A DNA stretch of 64,000 nt from a candidate division WOR-3 bacterium (lineage in GTDB: Bacteria; Hydrothermota; Hydrothermia; LBFQ01). Each line of letters begins with the position of its first letter. The stretch's first letter is position 1. The notes under the pieces are model-generated. The model did not search any database, had not been told where the DNA came from, and saw only the letters and a list, made by a program, of their open reading frames with translations. The stretch is taken from the NCBI GenBank assembly GCA_039802605.1, contig JBDRWW010000001.1, positions 282,227 through 346,226 on the forward strand. Direction: 5' to 3'. Positions 20,729-31,105 of the stretch are shown here, piece after piece. The translations under genes and the position numbers were made by a program.

Positions 20729-21404
20729 CATAATCCCACACCTTGAAGAACTCAGGAATAGAATAATACGGGCTTTTCTTATATACGCCTTAGTTTCGGT
20801 TATAATGTGGTTTTTTCACGATTATGTTATAAGGTTTATATCCCAACCCGTTGGGAAGCTGTACATTTTTAATGTTCAGGATGCCTTTATGCTTAGGTTA
20901 AAGGTTTCATTAATGTCTGCCCTGTTTATATGTCTCCCATACTTTGTTTTGGAAATTTGGGGTTTTATATCCCCAGCACTCTATCCCAACGAAAAACTCG
21001 CCGTAGGGCTTATTCTCATTTCAACCCTTGTACTTTTTTACTTAGGCGCATTTTTGTCCATTTTTGTGATATTACCCAGGGCGGTTGTTTTTCTACTTTC
21101 TTTTTCTTCTGGATTTCAGACCATAATAGGCGCAAACCAATATTTGGACTTTATATTTTGGAGCACATTGATATTCGGAGTTTTATTTGAACTTCCGGTC
21201 GCGGTGGGTATATTGGCAAGATTAGGGATAATAAACAGCAAGTTATTAACCAAGAGGCGTAGGGAGATGATAGTGGGTATAGTCATAGTGGCGGCGGTAA
21301 TATCCCCTACCGTAGATGCTTTTAGCCTTATAGCAATGTCTTTACCTTTAATATTGTTGTATGAAATCAGTATATGGGTGGCCAAGGTTGTTGAAAAGAA
21401 ATAA
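20715..21404 (+). CDS. tatC: twin-arginine translocase subunit TatC
   Basis: 229 aa; GTG start; HLEELRNRII N-terminal motif and six predicted TM segments. Confidence 0.7.
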   Translation: MDWNNIIPHLEELRNRIIRAFLIYALVSVIMWFFHDYVIRFISQPVGKLYIFNVQDAFMLRLKVSLMSALFICLPYFVLEIWGFISPALYPNEKLAVGLILISTLVLFYLGAFLSIFVILPRAVVFLLSFSSGFQTIIGANQYLDFIFWSTLIFGVLFELPVAVGILARLGIINSKLLTKRRREMIVGIVIVAAVISPTVDAFSLIAMSLPLILLYEISIWVAKVVEKK

Positions 21405-21431
21405 TTTACAACCTTAGAATATAAAACGAAT

Positions 21432-21986
21432 ATGGAGGTTTATTCAAGGGAAAAGGTTTGGACATATGAGGATTACTTAAAACTTGAAGACGATAAGCGT
21501 TATGAGGTTATTAACGGGAGGTTGGTAGAAATGCCCGCGCCGGGTTTTGAACATCAAAAGGTTTTAAATGCCATAAACTTGAAGATTTACACTTTCGTGT
21601 TGGAAAAGGATTTTGGCGAAATTGTCCCATCACCCTTTGATGTTATATTATCCGAGGATATCGTAGTTCAGCCGGATATAGTTTTTATATCCAAAGATAA
21701 CTTGAAAAACATAAGAGAAGGCCGTTTGTTTGGCGCCCCGGACATGATTGTTGAAATAGTATCGCCAGGTAGTTATAATAGGGATAGGTATGAAAAATTC
21801 AAAATATATGAAGAGTTTGGTGTTAAGGAGTATTGGATAGTTTTACCCGGTGAAAAGGCGGTGGAGGTGTGGGTTTTGGGTGAGAAGGGAAAATATGAAC
21901 TTTACTCCTTTGCGGAAAAAGAGGGGAAGGTTAAAAGCAAAGTTTTAGAAGGCTTAGAAATTGATTTAAAGGGGGTGTTTGGATGA
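21432..21986 (+). CDS. Uma2-family (DUF820) putative PD-(D/E)xK endonuclease, tandem copy 1
   Basis: 184 aa; PDIVFI ... APDMIVEIVSP motifs; paralog of the next three genes. Confidence 0.7.
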   Translation: MEVYSREKVWTYEDYLKLEDDKRYEVINGRLVEMPAPGFEHQKVLNAINLKIYTFVLEKDFGEIVPSPFDVILSEDIVVQPDIVFISKDNLKNIREGRLFGAPDMIVEIVSPGSYNRDRYEKFKIYEEFGVKEYWIVLPGEKAVEVWVLGEKGKYELYSFAEKEGKVKSKVLEGLEIDLKGVFG

Positions 21987-22537
21987 ATACGGAAGTTAAG
22001 GAAAAAGTTTGGACTTATGAGGATTATTTAAAACTTGAAGATGATAAGCGTTATGAGGTTATTAACGGGAGGTTGGTAGAAATGCCCGCGCCTACTCCTT
22101 GGCATCAGGATATTTCAAGGAATTTGTTATTTCTACTTTGGGGATTTGTTAAGGGCAAAGACTTGGGTAAAATATACCACTCTCCCATAGATATAGTGTT
22201 AAGAGAAGATGTGGTATTACAACCCGATATAGTTTATATTTCAAAGGAAAAACTCGGGATAGTAGGGGAGAAAGCGGTAAATGGCACGCCGGACTTGGTT
22301 GTAGAAATAGTTTCGCCATCAACGGCACGGAGGGATACGGTAGTTAAGAAGGGGATATATGAAAATTTTGGTGTTAAGGAATATTGGATTGTTTATCCCG
22401 ATGAAAAGGCGATAGAGGTATGGGTTTTAAATGAAAGCGGAAAATATGAACTTTATTCCTTTGCAGAAAAAGAGGGGAAGGTTAAAAGTAAAGTTTTGGA
22501 AGGCTTAGAGGTTGATTTAAAGGAGGTGTTCGGATGA
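21983..22537 (+). CDS. Uma2-family putative endonuclease, tandem copy 2
   Basis: 184 aa; ATGA overlap with copy 1; N-half variant (TPWHQ), C-half type B. Confidence 0.7.
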   Translation: MNTEVKEKVWTYEDYLKLEDDKRYEVINGRLVEMPAPTPWHQDISRNLLFLLWGFVKGKDLGKIYHSPIDIVLREDVVLQPDIVYISKEKLGIVGEKAVNGTPDLVVEIVSPSTARRDTVVKKGIYENFGVKEYWIVYPDEKAIEVWVLNESGKYELYSFAEKEGKVKSKVLEGLEVDLKEVFG

Positions 22538-23085
22538 AGGAAATGGTTAAGGAAAGGATTTGGACTTACGAGGATTATTTGAAACTTGAAGACGATAAGC
22601 GTTATGAGGTTATTAACGGGAGGTTGGTAGAAATGCCCGCGCCGGGTTTTGAACATCAGAAGATTTCGGGCTTAATAGACTTTATATTGCGGAAATTTGT
22701 CTATAAAGAGCGCATAGGGGAAGTTTTATATGCCCCCTTTGATGTAATACTTTCGGAAAATATCGTAGTTCAACCGGATATAGTTTTCATATCAAACGAA
22801 AATCTGAAAAACATAAAAGAAGGGCGTCTTTTCGGTCCTCCGGACTTGGTTGTGGAAATAGTATCTCCGGGCAGTTATAAGAGGGATAGATTTGAAAAGT
22901 TCAAGATATACGAGGAATTTGGGGTTAAAGAGTATTGGATAGTTTTACCGGGCGAAAAGGTAATAGAGGTTTGGTGTTTGAAGGAAGGTAAGTATGTTTT
23001 ACACTCCATAGCCGTTGAAAAGGGGGAGGTTGAAAGCTGCCTTTTAAAGGGTTTAAAGGTAAAAGTTGAGGAGGTGTTTAAATGA
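22534..23085 (+). CDS. Uma2-family putative endonuclease, tandem copy 3
   Basis: 183 aa; ATGA overlap; N-half type A, C-half type A. Confidence 0.7.
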   Translation: MKEMVKERIWTYEDYLKLEDDKRYEVINGRLVEMPAPGFEHQKISGLIDFILRKFVYKERIGEVLYAPFDVILSENIVVQPDIVFISNENLKNIKEGRLFGPPDLVVEIVSPGSYKRDRFEKFKIYEEFGVKEYWIVLPGEKVIEVWCLKEGKYVLHSIAVEKGEVESCLLKGLKVKVEEVFK

Positions 23086-23633
23086 AAGTGGATGTTAAGG
23101 AAAAAGTTTGGACTTACGAGGATTATTTGAAACTTGAAGATGATAAGCGTTATGAGGTTATTAACGGGAGGTTGGTAGAAATGCCCGCGCCGGGTTTTGA
23201 ACATCAGGATATTCTTACCGAGCTGATTTTAAAATTTAAAGTTTTTACTAAGGAGAATACTTTGGGAAAGGTTATTCCCTCCCCATTTGATGTAATACTC
23301 TCGGAAAGTGTTGTCGTTCAACCCGACATAGTTTATATATCAAAAGAAAACCTGAAAAACATAAAAGAGGGTCGCTTATTCGGGGCTCCGGACTTGGTTG
23401 TAGAAATAGTTTCGCCATCAACAACGAGGAGGGATACGGTTGTCAAGAAGGGGATATATGAAAATTTTGGTGTTAAGGAATATTGGATTGTTTATCCCGA
23501 TGAAAAGGCAATAGAGGTGTGGGTTTTGGGTGAGAAGGGAAAGGAGGGTTATGAACTTTATTCCTTTGCCGAGAAAAAAGTTAAAAGCAAGGTTTTAGGA
23601 GGCTTAGAGGTTGATTTAAAGGAAGTGTTTTAA
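23082..23633 (+). CDS. Uma2-family putative endonuclease, tandem copy 4
   Basis: 183 aa; ATGA overlap; N-half type A, C-half type B (mosaic). Confidence 0.7.
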   Translation: MKVDVKEKVWTYEDYLKLEDDKRYEVINGRLVEMPAPGFEHQDILTELILKFKVFTKENTLGKVIPSPFDVILSESVVVQPDIVYISKENLKNIKEGRLFGAPDLVVEIVSPSTTRRDTVVKKGIYENFGVKEYWIVYPDEKAIEVWVLGEKGKEGYELYSFAEKKVKSKVLGGLEVDLKEVF

Positions 23634-23667
23634 TATCAAAATCCCTTCAACCTTATAATTTTCACCC

Positions 23668-26211
23668 GTGAAATCAAAGGAAATTAGGAAAGTTTTTTTG
23701 GAGTTTTTTAAAGAAAGGGGGCATACCATTGTTCAATCTTCCCCACTATTACCGCCAGACCCCACGCTCTTATTTACAAATGCTGGGATGAACCAGTTTA
23801 AACCCTATTTTCTCGGGGAGATGGAACCCCCTTTCAAAAGGGCGGCATCCGTACAAAAATGTTTAAGGGCGGGTGGGAAACATAACGACTTGGATAATGT
23901 GGGATTTACGAGAAGGCACCACACATTTTTTGAAATGCTCGGTAATTTTAGTTTTGGGGATTACTTTAAAAAGGAGGCCATTGTTTGGGCTTGGGAACTT
24001 TTAACGGGAGTTTTCAAAATACCCAAGGATAGATTGTGGATAACCGTGTACGAGGAGGATGAGGAGGCTTATAGCATTTGGAAGGATGAGGTTGGAGTAA
24101 GCCCCGATAGAATTATAAAAATGGGCGCCAAGGATAACTTTTGGGAAATGGGCGATGTCGGTCCATGCGGTCCATCTTCCGAAATAATTTACGATTTGGG
24201 AGAAGAATCCGACCCAAATCAAAAAACCCCAAAGGATGAAGGTGAGAGGTTCTTGGAGTTGTGGAATCTCGTTTTTATGCAGTTTAACCGCAAAGCGGAT
24301 GGTAGTTTGGAACCCCTACCCAAAAAGAACATAGATACCGGCATGGGTTTGGAGAGAATAGCATCGGTTTTGCAGGGTACATACTCCAACTACGAAACGG
24401 ATCTGTTTATGCCGATAATAAACTTTATAGAGGATATAACTGGGGTTAAATACACATATGAAACCGGAGCCCCCCATAGGGTTATAGCAGACCATACAAG
24501 GGCATTGGTTTTTGCAATATCTGACGGTATATACCCTTCAAATTTTGGCAGGGGTTATGTTTTGAGGAGGATTTTGAGGAGGGCTTACAGGTTTGCCCAA
24601 AAGTTAAATGTGGCGGAGCCAATAATTTATAAGGTGGCGGATGTCGTAGCGGATATTATGGGGGATGTATATCCCGAGGTAAGGGAAAACATTAAAACGA
24701 TCAAGGAGATTATTAAAAACGAAGAGGAAAGGTTTTTGAATACACTCGGCAGGGCTATTCCGGTTTTAATTGAAAGCCTTGAAAACGCAAAAGAAGGGGG
24801 TATATTGGACGGTAAGACGGCTTTCACCCTATATGACACATATGGTATACCCCAGGACATGATAGACGACTGGGCAACAACTTATAAAATAAAAATTGAC
24901 TGGCAGGGATTTTGGGAGGAGATGGAAGATGCAAAGGAAAGGTCAAGGGAGAGCGCAAAGTTTAAGCTCTTAGTGCCCGAGTGGTTAAAAGTTTCCGAGG
25001 ATTACACGGGTTCAAAGTTTGTTGGGTATGATAATTTGCGATGGAAATCGCGAGTTGCAAAAATAGGTAAAATAAACAATCTGGATGCATTGGTATGTTT
25101 TGAAACACCTTTTTACCCAGAAGGTGGAGGGCAGGTAGGTGATGTGGGGATTATTAAGGGCAAGACTTGGGAATTTAAAGTTGAGGATACGAAAAGGATA
25201 GGAATGGATATCATACATTACGGGAAATTAAAGGGAAGCGTAGATATCGGGGATGAATGTGATCTGTTGGTTTCCGAAAAGGAAAGAAATGCGGCAAGAA
25301 GGGCGCACACTTCAACACACCTCCTTCACGCATCTTTAAGGGCCATTTTGGGTCATCATGTAAGGCAGCAGGGTTCTTTGGTTGAAAGGGAGAGGTTGAG
25401 GTTTGACTTTTCCCACCCAAAACCCCTATCCGATGAGGAAATAAATGAAATTGAAAACCTGGTAAACGAGAAGATAAGGGAAAATATTCCGGTTTCACAG
25501 GAGTACAAACCTTATAGGGAGGCGGTAAGAGAAGGGGCCATTGCCATTTTTGAGGAAAAATATGGCGAAATAGTTAGGGTTATAACCATTGGGGATTTCT
25601 CAAAAGAACTATGCGGGGGAACACATGTCGATAGAACCGGGGACATTGGGGTTTTCATTATAACAAAAGAGGAAAGCGTATCAGCCGGGACCAGGAGAAT
25701 AGAGGCATTGGTTGGTGAGAGGGCTTTAAAGTATATCCAAGAGCATAGGGATATATTAAAGGCTTCGGCCGGATTACTCAACACCGGTATCAAGGATTTG
25801 CCGAAGGTGATTAACAAACGCTTGGAGGAGTATAGGCAACTTGAAGGGGAACTCAATTCAATTTACGATAAACTTGCGGAAATATACGCCGAAAGGGTTA
25901 AGGTTATGGATAAGGGGGAATTTAAGGTTATATATGGAATTGCGCCACTACCAAAGGATGCCCTTAGAAGGGTTGGGGATAAGGTATCGGAGCCCTTGGG
26001 AATAACCGTTCTCGTGTCGGAACATCCAAAGGATAGGGGTTTTATACATATCAGAATAGGGAACGGATTAAACGGGAAGGTATCGGCAAAGGAGATAATT
26101 TCAAAGATAACAAAGGAGTTAGGAGGGGGAGGGGGTGGAAGCGATGTTAAAGCCGAGGGGAAAATAAAGGATGTTAAAGGGCTTGAAAAGGTTTTGAAGG
26201 GTGTGATATGA
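23668..26211 (+). CDS. alaS: alanine--tRNA ligase
   Basis: 847 aa; GTG start; class II aaRS catalytic core, editing domain HxxxH (HTSTHLLH) and CxxxH. Confidence 0.9.
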   Translation: MKSKEIRKVFLEFFKERGHTIVQSSPLLPPDPTLLFTNAGMNQFKPYFLGEMEPPFKRAASVQKCLRAGGKHNDLDNVGFTRRHHTFFEMLGNFSFGDYFKKEAIVWAWELLTGVFKIPKDRLWITVYEEDEEAYSIWKDEVGVSPDRIIKMGAKDNFWEMGDVGPCGPSSEIIYDLGEESDPNQKTPKDEGERFLELWNLVFMQFNRKADGSLEPLPKKNIDTGMGLERIASVLQGTYSNYETDLFMPIINFIEDITGVKYTYETGAPHRVIADHTRALVFAISDGIYPSNFGRGYVLRRILRRAYRFAQKLNVAEPIIYKVADVVADIMGDVYPEVRENIKTIKEIIKNEEERFLNTLGRAIPVLIESLENAKEGGILDGKTAFTLYDTYGIPQDMIDDWATTYKIKIDWQGFWEEMEDAKERSRESAKFKLLVPEWLKVSEDYTGSKFVGYDNLRWKSRVAKIGKINNLDALVCFETPFYPEGGGQVGDVGIIKGKTWEFKVEDTKRIGMDIIHYGKLKGSVDIGDECDLLVSEKERNAARRAHTSTHLLHASLRAILGHHVRQQGSLVERERLRFDFSHPKPLSDEEINEIENLVNEKIRENIPVSQEYKPYREAVREGAIAIFEEKYGEIVRVITIGDFSKELCGGTHVDRTGDIGVFIITKEESVSAGTRRIEALVGERALKYIQEHRDILKASAGLLNTGIKDLPKVINKRLEEYRQLEGELNSIYDKLAEIYAERVKVMDKGEFKVIYGIAPLPKDALRRVGDKVSEPLGITVLVSEHPKDRGFIHIRIGNGLNGKVSAKEIISKITKELGGGGGGSDVKAEGKIKDVKGLEKVLKGVI

Positions 26212-26903
26212 TAGTTTACGGTAGGCGTGTAATATACGAAATGTTGAGAAGCGGATTTAAACCAAAGGTTATATACCTACAAAAGGGGGCAAAGTTTGAG
26301 GATAAGCTTTTGGAAATGATAGCGGGTTTAAACGCCGTTATGGTTTCACAAAAGGAGATAAATTCCCTAACTTCAACAAGGGATCACCAAGGTATTGCGG
26401 CGGATATAGGGGAGTTCATAACATATGATAGAAAGGAGATAATAAACGAATCTATAAGGAGAAACAAACCCGTCCTCGTATTAGACCACTTACAGGATGT
26501 TAGAAATGTTGGGGCATTGATAAGGAGTGCGGAGGCATTTGGGTTTGTCGGTGTAGTAATATCATCCCATAAGGCCGCTCCCATTACCCCAACCGTTGTG
26601 AAAACCTCCGCAGGTGCGATATTTCATATAAAGGTTAGCATATACAACACTTCAAGGTTTATAAGGGAGTATAAAAGGGCTGGTGGGTGGAGTATTGCTT
26701 TGGATTTGGATGGTATGGATATAAAAAAGGTTAAAAAGGTAAAACCCTTTGCCCTTGTAGTGGGTAGTGAGGGGGAGGGGGTTTCGGAAATTATAAAAAA
26801 ACAGGCGGATATAGTGGTGAAAATCCCCATGGTTGGAAATATAGAATCCCTTAACGCATCCGTGGCCGGAGGTATAGCAATGTTTTTTCTAAGCATGCTA
26901 TGA
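26208..26903 (+). CDS. SpoU/TrmH-family RNA 2'-O-methyltransferase (RlmB-like)
   Basis: 231 aa; SPOUT motifs ([20 protein letters not shown]). Confidence 0.7.
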   Translation: MIVYGRRVIYEMLRSGFKPKVIYLQKGAKFEDKLLEMIAGLNAVMVSQKEINSLTSTRDHQGIAADIGEFITYDRKEIINESIRRNKPVLVLDHLQDVRNVGALIRSAEAFGFVGVVISSHKAAPITPTVVKTSAGAIFHIKVSIYNTSRFIREYKRAGGWSIALDLDGMDIKKVKKVKPFALVVGSEGEGVSEIIKKQADIVVKIPMVGNIESLNASVAGGIAMFFLSML

Positions 26904-27952
26904 AGGACAGATATTTGGAAATCTTGCAAAGGTTTAAAGAGTTAGAGAAAAAACTCACGCAAACCACGGATTTTTCAAGTCCGGAATTTTCTAAGGTTTT
27001 GGAGGAGTATAGAAATTTGAAGGGTGTGGCGGAATTAATAGAAAAGTTAAAGAAAACCGAGGAAGATATATCGGCATTAGAAGAAATACTCCAAGAAACT
27101 CCCGATACGGATTTTCAAATGGAACTTGAAAGGTTGAAAAAAATGGCTAAGGAATTGGATGAGGAGATTACCCTAAAACTTATACCCAGGGACCCAAGGG
27201 ATGTAGGAAACGCAATACTTGAAATAAGGGCAGGTGTGGGAGGGGAAGAGGCGGCATTATTCGCAAGGGATTTGGCGAGGATGTATATAAGGTTTGCCGA
27301 AAGAAAGGGTTGGAAGGTGTCAATAACGGATTACACCGAAAGCGAGCTAGGGGGTTATAAGGAATTGGTTTTGCTTGTAGAAGGTAAAGGTGCTTATGGT
27401 TTGTTAAAGTTTGAGGGAGGTGTTCATAGGGTTCAAAGGGTTCCAATTACGGAATCATCCGGAAGGATACATACATCTGCGGCATCAGTGGCGGTTTTGC
27501 CGGAATTTGAGGATATAAAAATAGAAATAAAACCGGAGGATTTGAAAATAGAGACTTTTAGGGCTGGTGGCGCCGGCGGGCAGTATGTCAATAAGACCGA
27601 ATCGGCCGTCAGGATTACCCACATACCCACCGGCATAGTTGTAAGTTGTCAGGATGAAAGGTCACAACACCAAAACAGGGAAAAAGCTATGAGGATATTA
27701 ATGGCGAGGTTAAAGGAGTATTTTGAAAGGCAGCAGGATGAAAGTATCCAGAATTTAAGAAAGATTTATATCGGGACGGGTGATAGGAGTGAAAAGATAA
27801 GAACCTACAATTTCCCACAAAACAGGGTTACGGATCATAGGATAAACTTAACCGTTTATAACCTCGAAGCTGTATTGGATGGGGAACTTGATGAAATTAT
27901 AAATGCACTCGTTGATGCCGATTTAAAGGAGAGATTAAAAAGGATTGGGTAA
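26900..27952 (+). CDS. prfA: peptide chain release factor 1
   Basis: 350 aa; GGQ motif ([27 protein letters not shown]) and PxT-type motif (PIT). Confidence 0.85.
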   Translation: MKDRYLEILQRFKELEKKLTQTTDFSSPEFSKVLEEYRNLKGVAELIEKLKKTEEDISALEEILQETPDTDFQMELERLKKMAKELDEEITLKLIPRDPRDVGNAILEIRAGVGGEEAALFARDLARMYIRFAERKGWKVSITDYTESELGGYKELVLLVEGKGAYGLLKFEGGVHRVQRVPITESSGRIHTSAASVAVLPEFEDIKIEIKPEDLKIETFRAGGAGGQYVNKTESAVRITHIPTGIVVSCQDERSQHQNREKAMRILMARLKEYFERQQDESIQNLRKIYIGTGDRSEKIRTYNFPQNRVTDHRINLTVYNLEAVLDGELDEIINALVDADLKERLKRIG

Positions 27953-30806
27953 ACGGTTTATTCACAAATTATTTGACCGTATAATACACGCTCCTATGAC
28001 GGATAAGATAATAGTTAAAGGGGCGAGGCAACACAACCTAAAAAATATAACCGTAGAAATACCAAAAAACAAACTTGTGGTTATAACGGGGGTTTCCGGT
28101 TCCGGTAAATCTTCCTTAGCCTTTGATGTTATATACGCCGAGGCGCAGCGTAGATATGTTGAGAGTTTGTCCCCTTACGCGAGGCAATTTTTGGGGATAA
28201 TGGAAAAACCCGATGTGGATGAGATCATAGGTCTATCTCCGGGTATAGCAATAGAGCAGAGGAAAATAATGAGAAATCCGAGGTCAACCGTGGCCACTTC
28301 AACGGAGATATACGATTATTTAAGACTCCTGTTTGCGAGGGCAGGGACACCTTACTGCCCAAACGATGATTATCCTTTACAAAAGTGGAGTGTTGACGAG
28401 ATTGTTGAGGAGATATTTAAGAGGTATCCTTTAAGGAGAATACAGATATTGGCGCCCGTTGTTAGGGGTAGGAAAGGGGAATATAGGGAACTTTTTAACA
28501 AACTCGCCAAAAAGGGCTTTGTTAGGGTTATGATTGATGGGATTATGTACGAAATAAATGAAGTTCCAAACCTTGACAAGAACAAAAAACACGATATAGA
28601 TGTGGTCGTTGATAGAACCATAGTAAAAGAAGAGGAGAGGAGTAGGATACACCAGTCAATAAGCACGGCGCTAAAAGAGGCGGAAGGCGTCGTAAAAATC
28701 ATTACCGATAGGGATGAAGAAGACGCTTTTAGCGAAAACCTTGCGTGTCCAAAGTGTGGGTTTTCTATGCCCGAGTTGGAACCCAGGTTGTTTTCCTTTA
28801 ACTCCCCCTATGGTGCTTGCCCAACATGTACGGGCTTGGGTGTAAAAATAGATTTTGACCCGGCAAAACTCGTTTCAAATCCGGATTTGAGCATATTAGA
28901 AGGGGCAATAAAACCCCTTTCGGAACCGCATCCCATAACTGCAAGGGTTCTTGAAAGGATAGCGAGGAAATACGGGGCGAGCATTGAAGAACCTTGGAGG
29001 CTTTTGCCGGAGGAGTTTAAAAATGTGGTAATGTGGGGGGATGAAACCCCGCCGGAATTTCTTGACGACGAAAACTTTAAGCCGAAGTATAAGGAATGGG
29101 AGGGGATAATCCCGCAGCTTTGGAGGAGGTATAAAACCACGGATTCCGAATGGGTTAGGTCGGATATAGAAAGGTATATGGTATATACCACATGCCCAAC
29201 CTGCGGCGGGTCAAGGCTTAAAAAGGAGGCCCTTTATGTAAAAATAGACGGAAAATCCATATGGGATATAGTGCAAATGGATGTGAAATCCGCCCTTGAA
29301 TATTTTGAAAACCTAAAACTTGAAGGTACAAAGGGAATAGTAGCGGAGAGAATAGTGGAGGAAGTAAAGAAAAGGTTGAGGTTTTTGGACAATGTGGGTT
29401 TGGGTTATTTAACCCTTGATAGGAGGTCGGATACATTATCCGGCGGTGAGGAACAGAGGGTTAGATTGGCTACACAAATAGGCTCGGGTTTATCGGGAGT
29501 GGTATATGTTTTGGATGAGCCGTCAATAGGTTTGCATCCAAGGGATGTCTCGAAACTTATAAATACCCTTAGGGAATTGAGGGATTTGGGTAATACTGTT
29601 ATAGTGGTGGAGCACGACGAGGAAACGATCAGGAGCGCCGATTGGATAATAGATCTTGGACCTTATGCGGGCGTTTATGGCGGTGAGGTTGTAGCCCAAG
29701 GGACGGTTGAAGATATAATTTCAAACGATAAGTCTTTAACCGGGGCATACCTATCCCGTAAAAAGGAAATACCCGTTCCAAAGGCGAGGAGAAAACCTAA
29801 GGGCGAATATTTAAGGATTGTCGGGGCAAGGGCAAACAACCTAAAAAACATAACGGTGAATATACCTTTGGGTTTGTTTGTGGTGGTAACCGGTGTTTCC
29901 GGTTCTGGAAAATCAACCCTAGTTTTTGACATACTATACAAGGCTTTGGCGAAAAAACTATATAACGCAAAGGAAGACCCAGCCGAACACGATGCCATAT
30001 ACGGCTTAGAGTATATAGACAGGGTTATAGACGTTGATCAGTCCCCCATAGGGAGAACTCCGAGGAGCAACCCCGCCACATATACCGGAGTATTTACATA
30101 CATCAGGGATTTCTATGCAAAACTCCCAGAGGCTAAGGCAAGGGGTTTTAAGGCCTCACATTTTTCCTTTAATATGAAAGGCGGGAGGTGTGAGGCTTGC
30201 GAGGGTGAAGGTTATATAAGGATAGAAATGCACTTTTTACCCGATGTGTATGTCCCCTGTGAGGTATGCAAAGGTACGAGATATAACTCCGAAGTTCTTG
30301 AAGTAAAGTATAAGGGTAAATCCATAGCAGATGTTTTGGATATGACGGTTGATGAGGCCTTTGAATTCTTTGAGGATGTACCCAATATAAGGAGAAAACT
30401 ACAACTTATGGTCGATGTGGGTTTGGGTTATATCAAATTGGGGCAACCATCAACGACGCTTTCCGGAGGTGAGGCCCAAAGGATTAAGTTGGCAAAGGAG
30501 CTCTCAAAAATGGCTACCGGTAGAACCCTGTACATACTTGACGAGCCCACAACGGGATTACACTTCGACGATGTGAAGAAGCTCATAAATGTACTACACA
30601 GGTTTGTTGATAACGGGAATACCGTCCTCGTAATAGAGCACAACCTTGATGTTATAAAGAATGCGGATTGGGTGATAGACCTGGGTCCGGAAGGTGGAGA
30701 TGAAGGCGGTTATGTGGTGGCCGAGGGAACACCGGAAGATATAGCAAAGGCTGAGAACTCCTATACTGGTATGTATTTGAGGGAAGTTTTGGGCGTATGG
30801 GTATAA
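27945..30806 (+). CDS. uvrA: excinuclease ABC subunit A
   Basis: 953 aa; two ABC ATPase cassettes (GVSGSGKSS twice), zinc-finger Cys clusters; true start may be the internal MTDKIIVKG near 27996. Confidence 0.9.
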   Translation: MGKRFIHKLFDRIIHAPMTDKIIVKGARQHNLKNITVEIPKNKLVVITGVSGSGKSSLAFDVIYAEAQRRYVESLSPYARQFLGIMEKPDVDEIIGLSPGIAIEQRKIMRNPRSTVATSTEIYDYLRLLFARAGTPYCPNDDYPLQKWSVDEIVEEIFKRYPLRRIQILAPVVRGRKGEYRELFNKLAKKGFVRVMIDGIMYEINEVPNLDKNKKHDIDVVVDRTIVKEEERSRIHQSISTALKEAEGVVKIITDRDEEDAFSENLACPKCGFSMPELEPRLFSFNSPYGACPTCTGLGVKIDFDPAKLVSNPDLSILEGAIKPLSEPHPITARVLERIARKYGASIEEPWRLLPEEFKNVVMWGDETPPEFLDDENFKPKYKEWEGIIPQLWRRYKTTDSEWVRSDIERYMVYTTCPTCGGSRLKKEALYVKIDGKSIWDIVQMDVKSALEYFENLKLEGTKGIVAERIVEEVKKRLRFLDNVGLGYLTLDRRSDTLSGGEEQRVRLATQIGSGLSGVVYVLDEPSIGLHPRDVSKLINTLRELRDLGNTVIVVEHDEETIRSADWIIDLGPYAGVYGGEVVAQGTVEDIISNDKSLTGAYLSRKKEIPVPKARRKPKGEYLRIVGARANNLKNITVNIPLGLFVVVTGVSGSGKSTLVFDILYKALAKKLYNAKEDPAEHDAIYGLEYIDRVIDVDQSPIGRTPRSNPATYTGVFTYIRDFYAKLPEAKARGFKASHFSFNMKGGRCEACEGEGYIRIEMHFLPDVYVPCEVCKGTRYNSEVLEVKYKGKSIADVLDMTVDEAFEFFEDVPNIRRKLQLMVDVGLGYIKLGQPSTTLSGGEAQRIKLAKELSKMATGRTLYILDEPTTGLHFDDVKKLINVLHRFVDNGNTVLVIEHNLDVIKNADWVIDLGPEGGDEGGYVVAEGTPEDIAKAENSYTGMYLREVLGVWV

Positions 30807-30835
30807 AGACAATTTAACACCCTTAAAATGTAGAG

Positions 30836-31105
30836 TTGTATAAGGATAGACTTGACGAGTTGGCTTACAAAATTTACAAAATGGGTTTGGGTACTGTTGC
30901 CATTTTTTTCTTAGAGAGCATGAAACCCTTAAACAATGTTGTGTTCAACGCGGGCTTGTTTTCAAAGCCCTTTGCGGAAGTGTTCCTAAAAGAGGAAATA
31001 TACAAAGAGATTTTGGGAATCATTAAGGACAAGGACGCATTGGAATATCTGATTAACAGATTGGAGGAATTGGAAGATGGTATGGTTGGTAATGGGGCAA
31101 ATTGA
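30836..31105 (+). CDS. hypothetical small protein
   Basis: 89 aa ORF overlapping the start of the following gene; no recognised motif. Confidence 0.25.
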   Translation: MYKDRLDELAYKIYKMGLGTVAIFFLESMKPLNNVVFNAGLFSKPFAEVFLKEEIYKEILGIIKDKDALEYLINRLEELEDGMVGNGAN

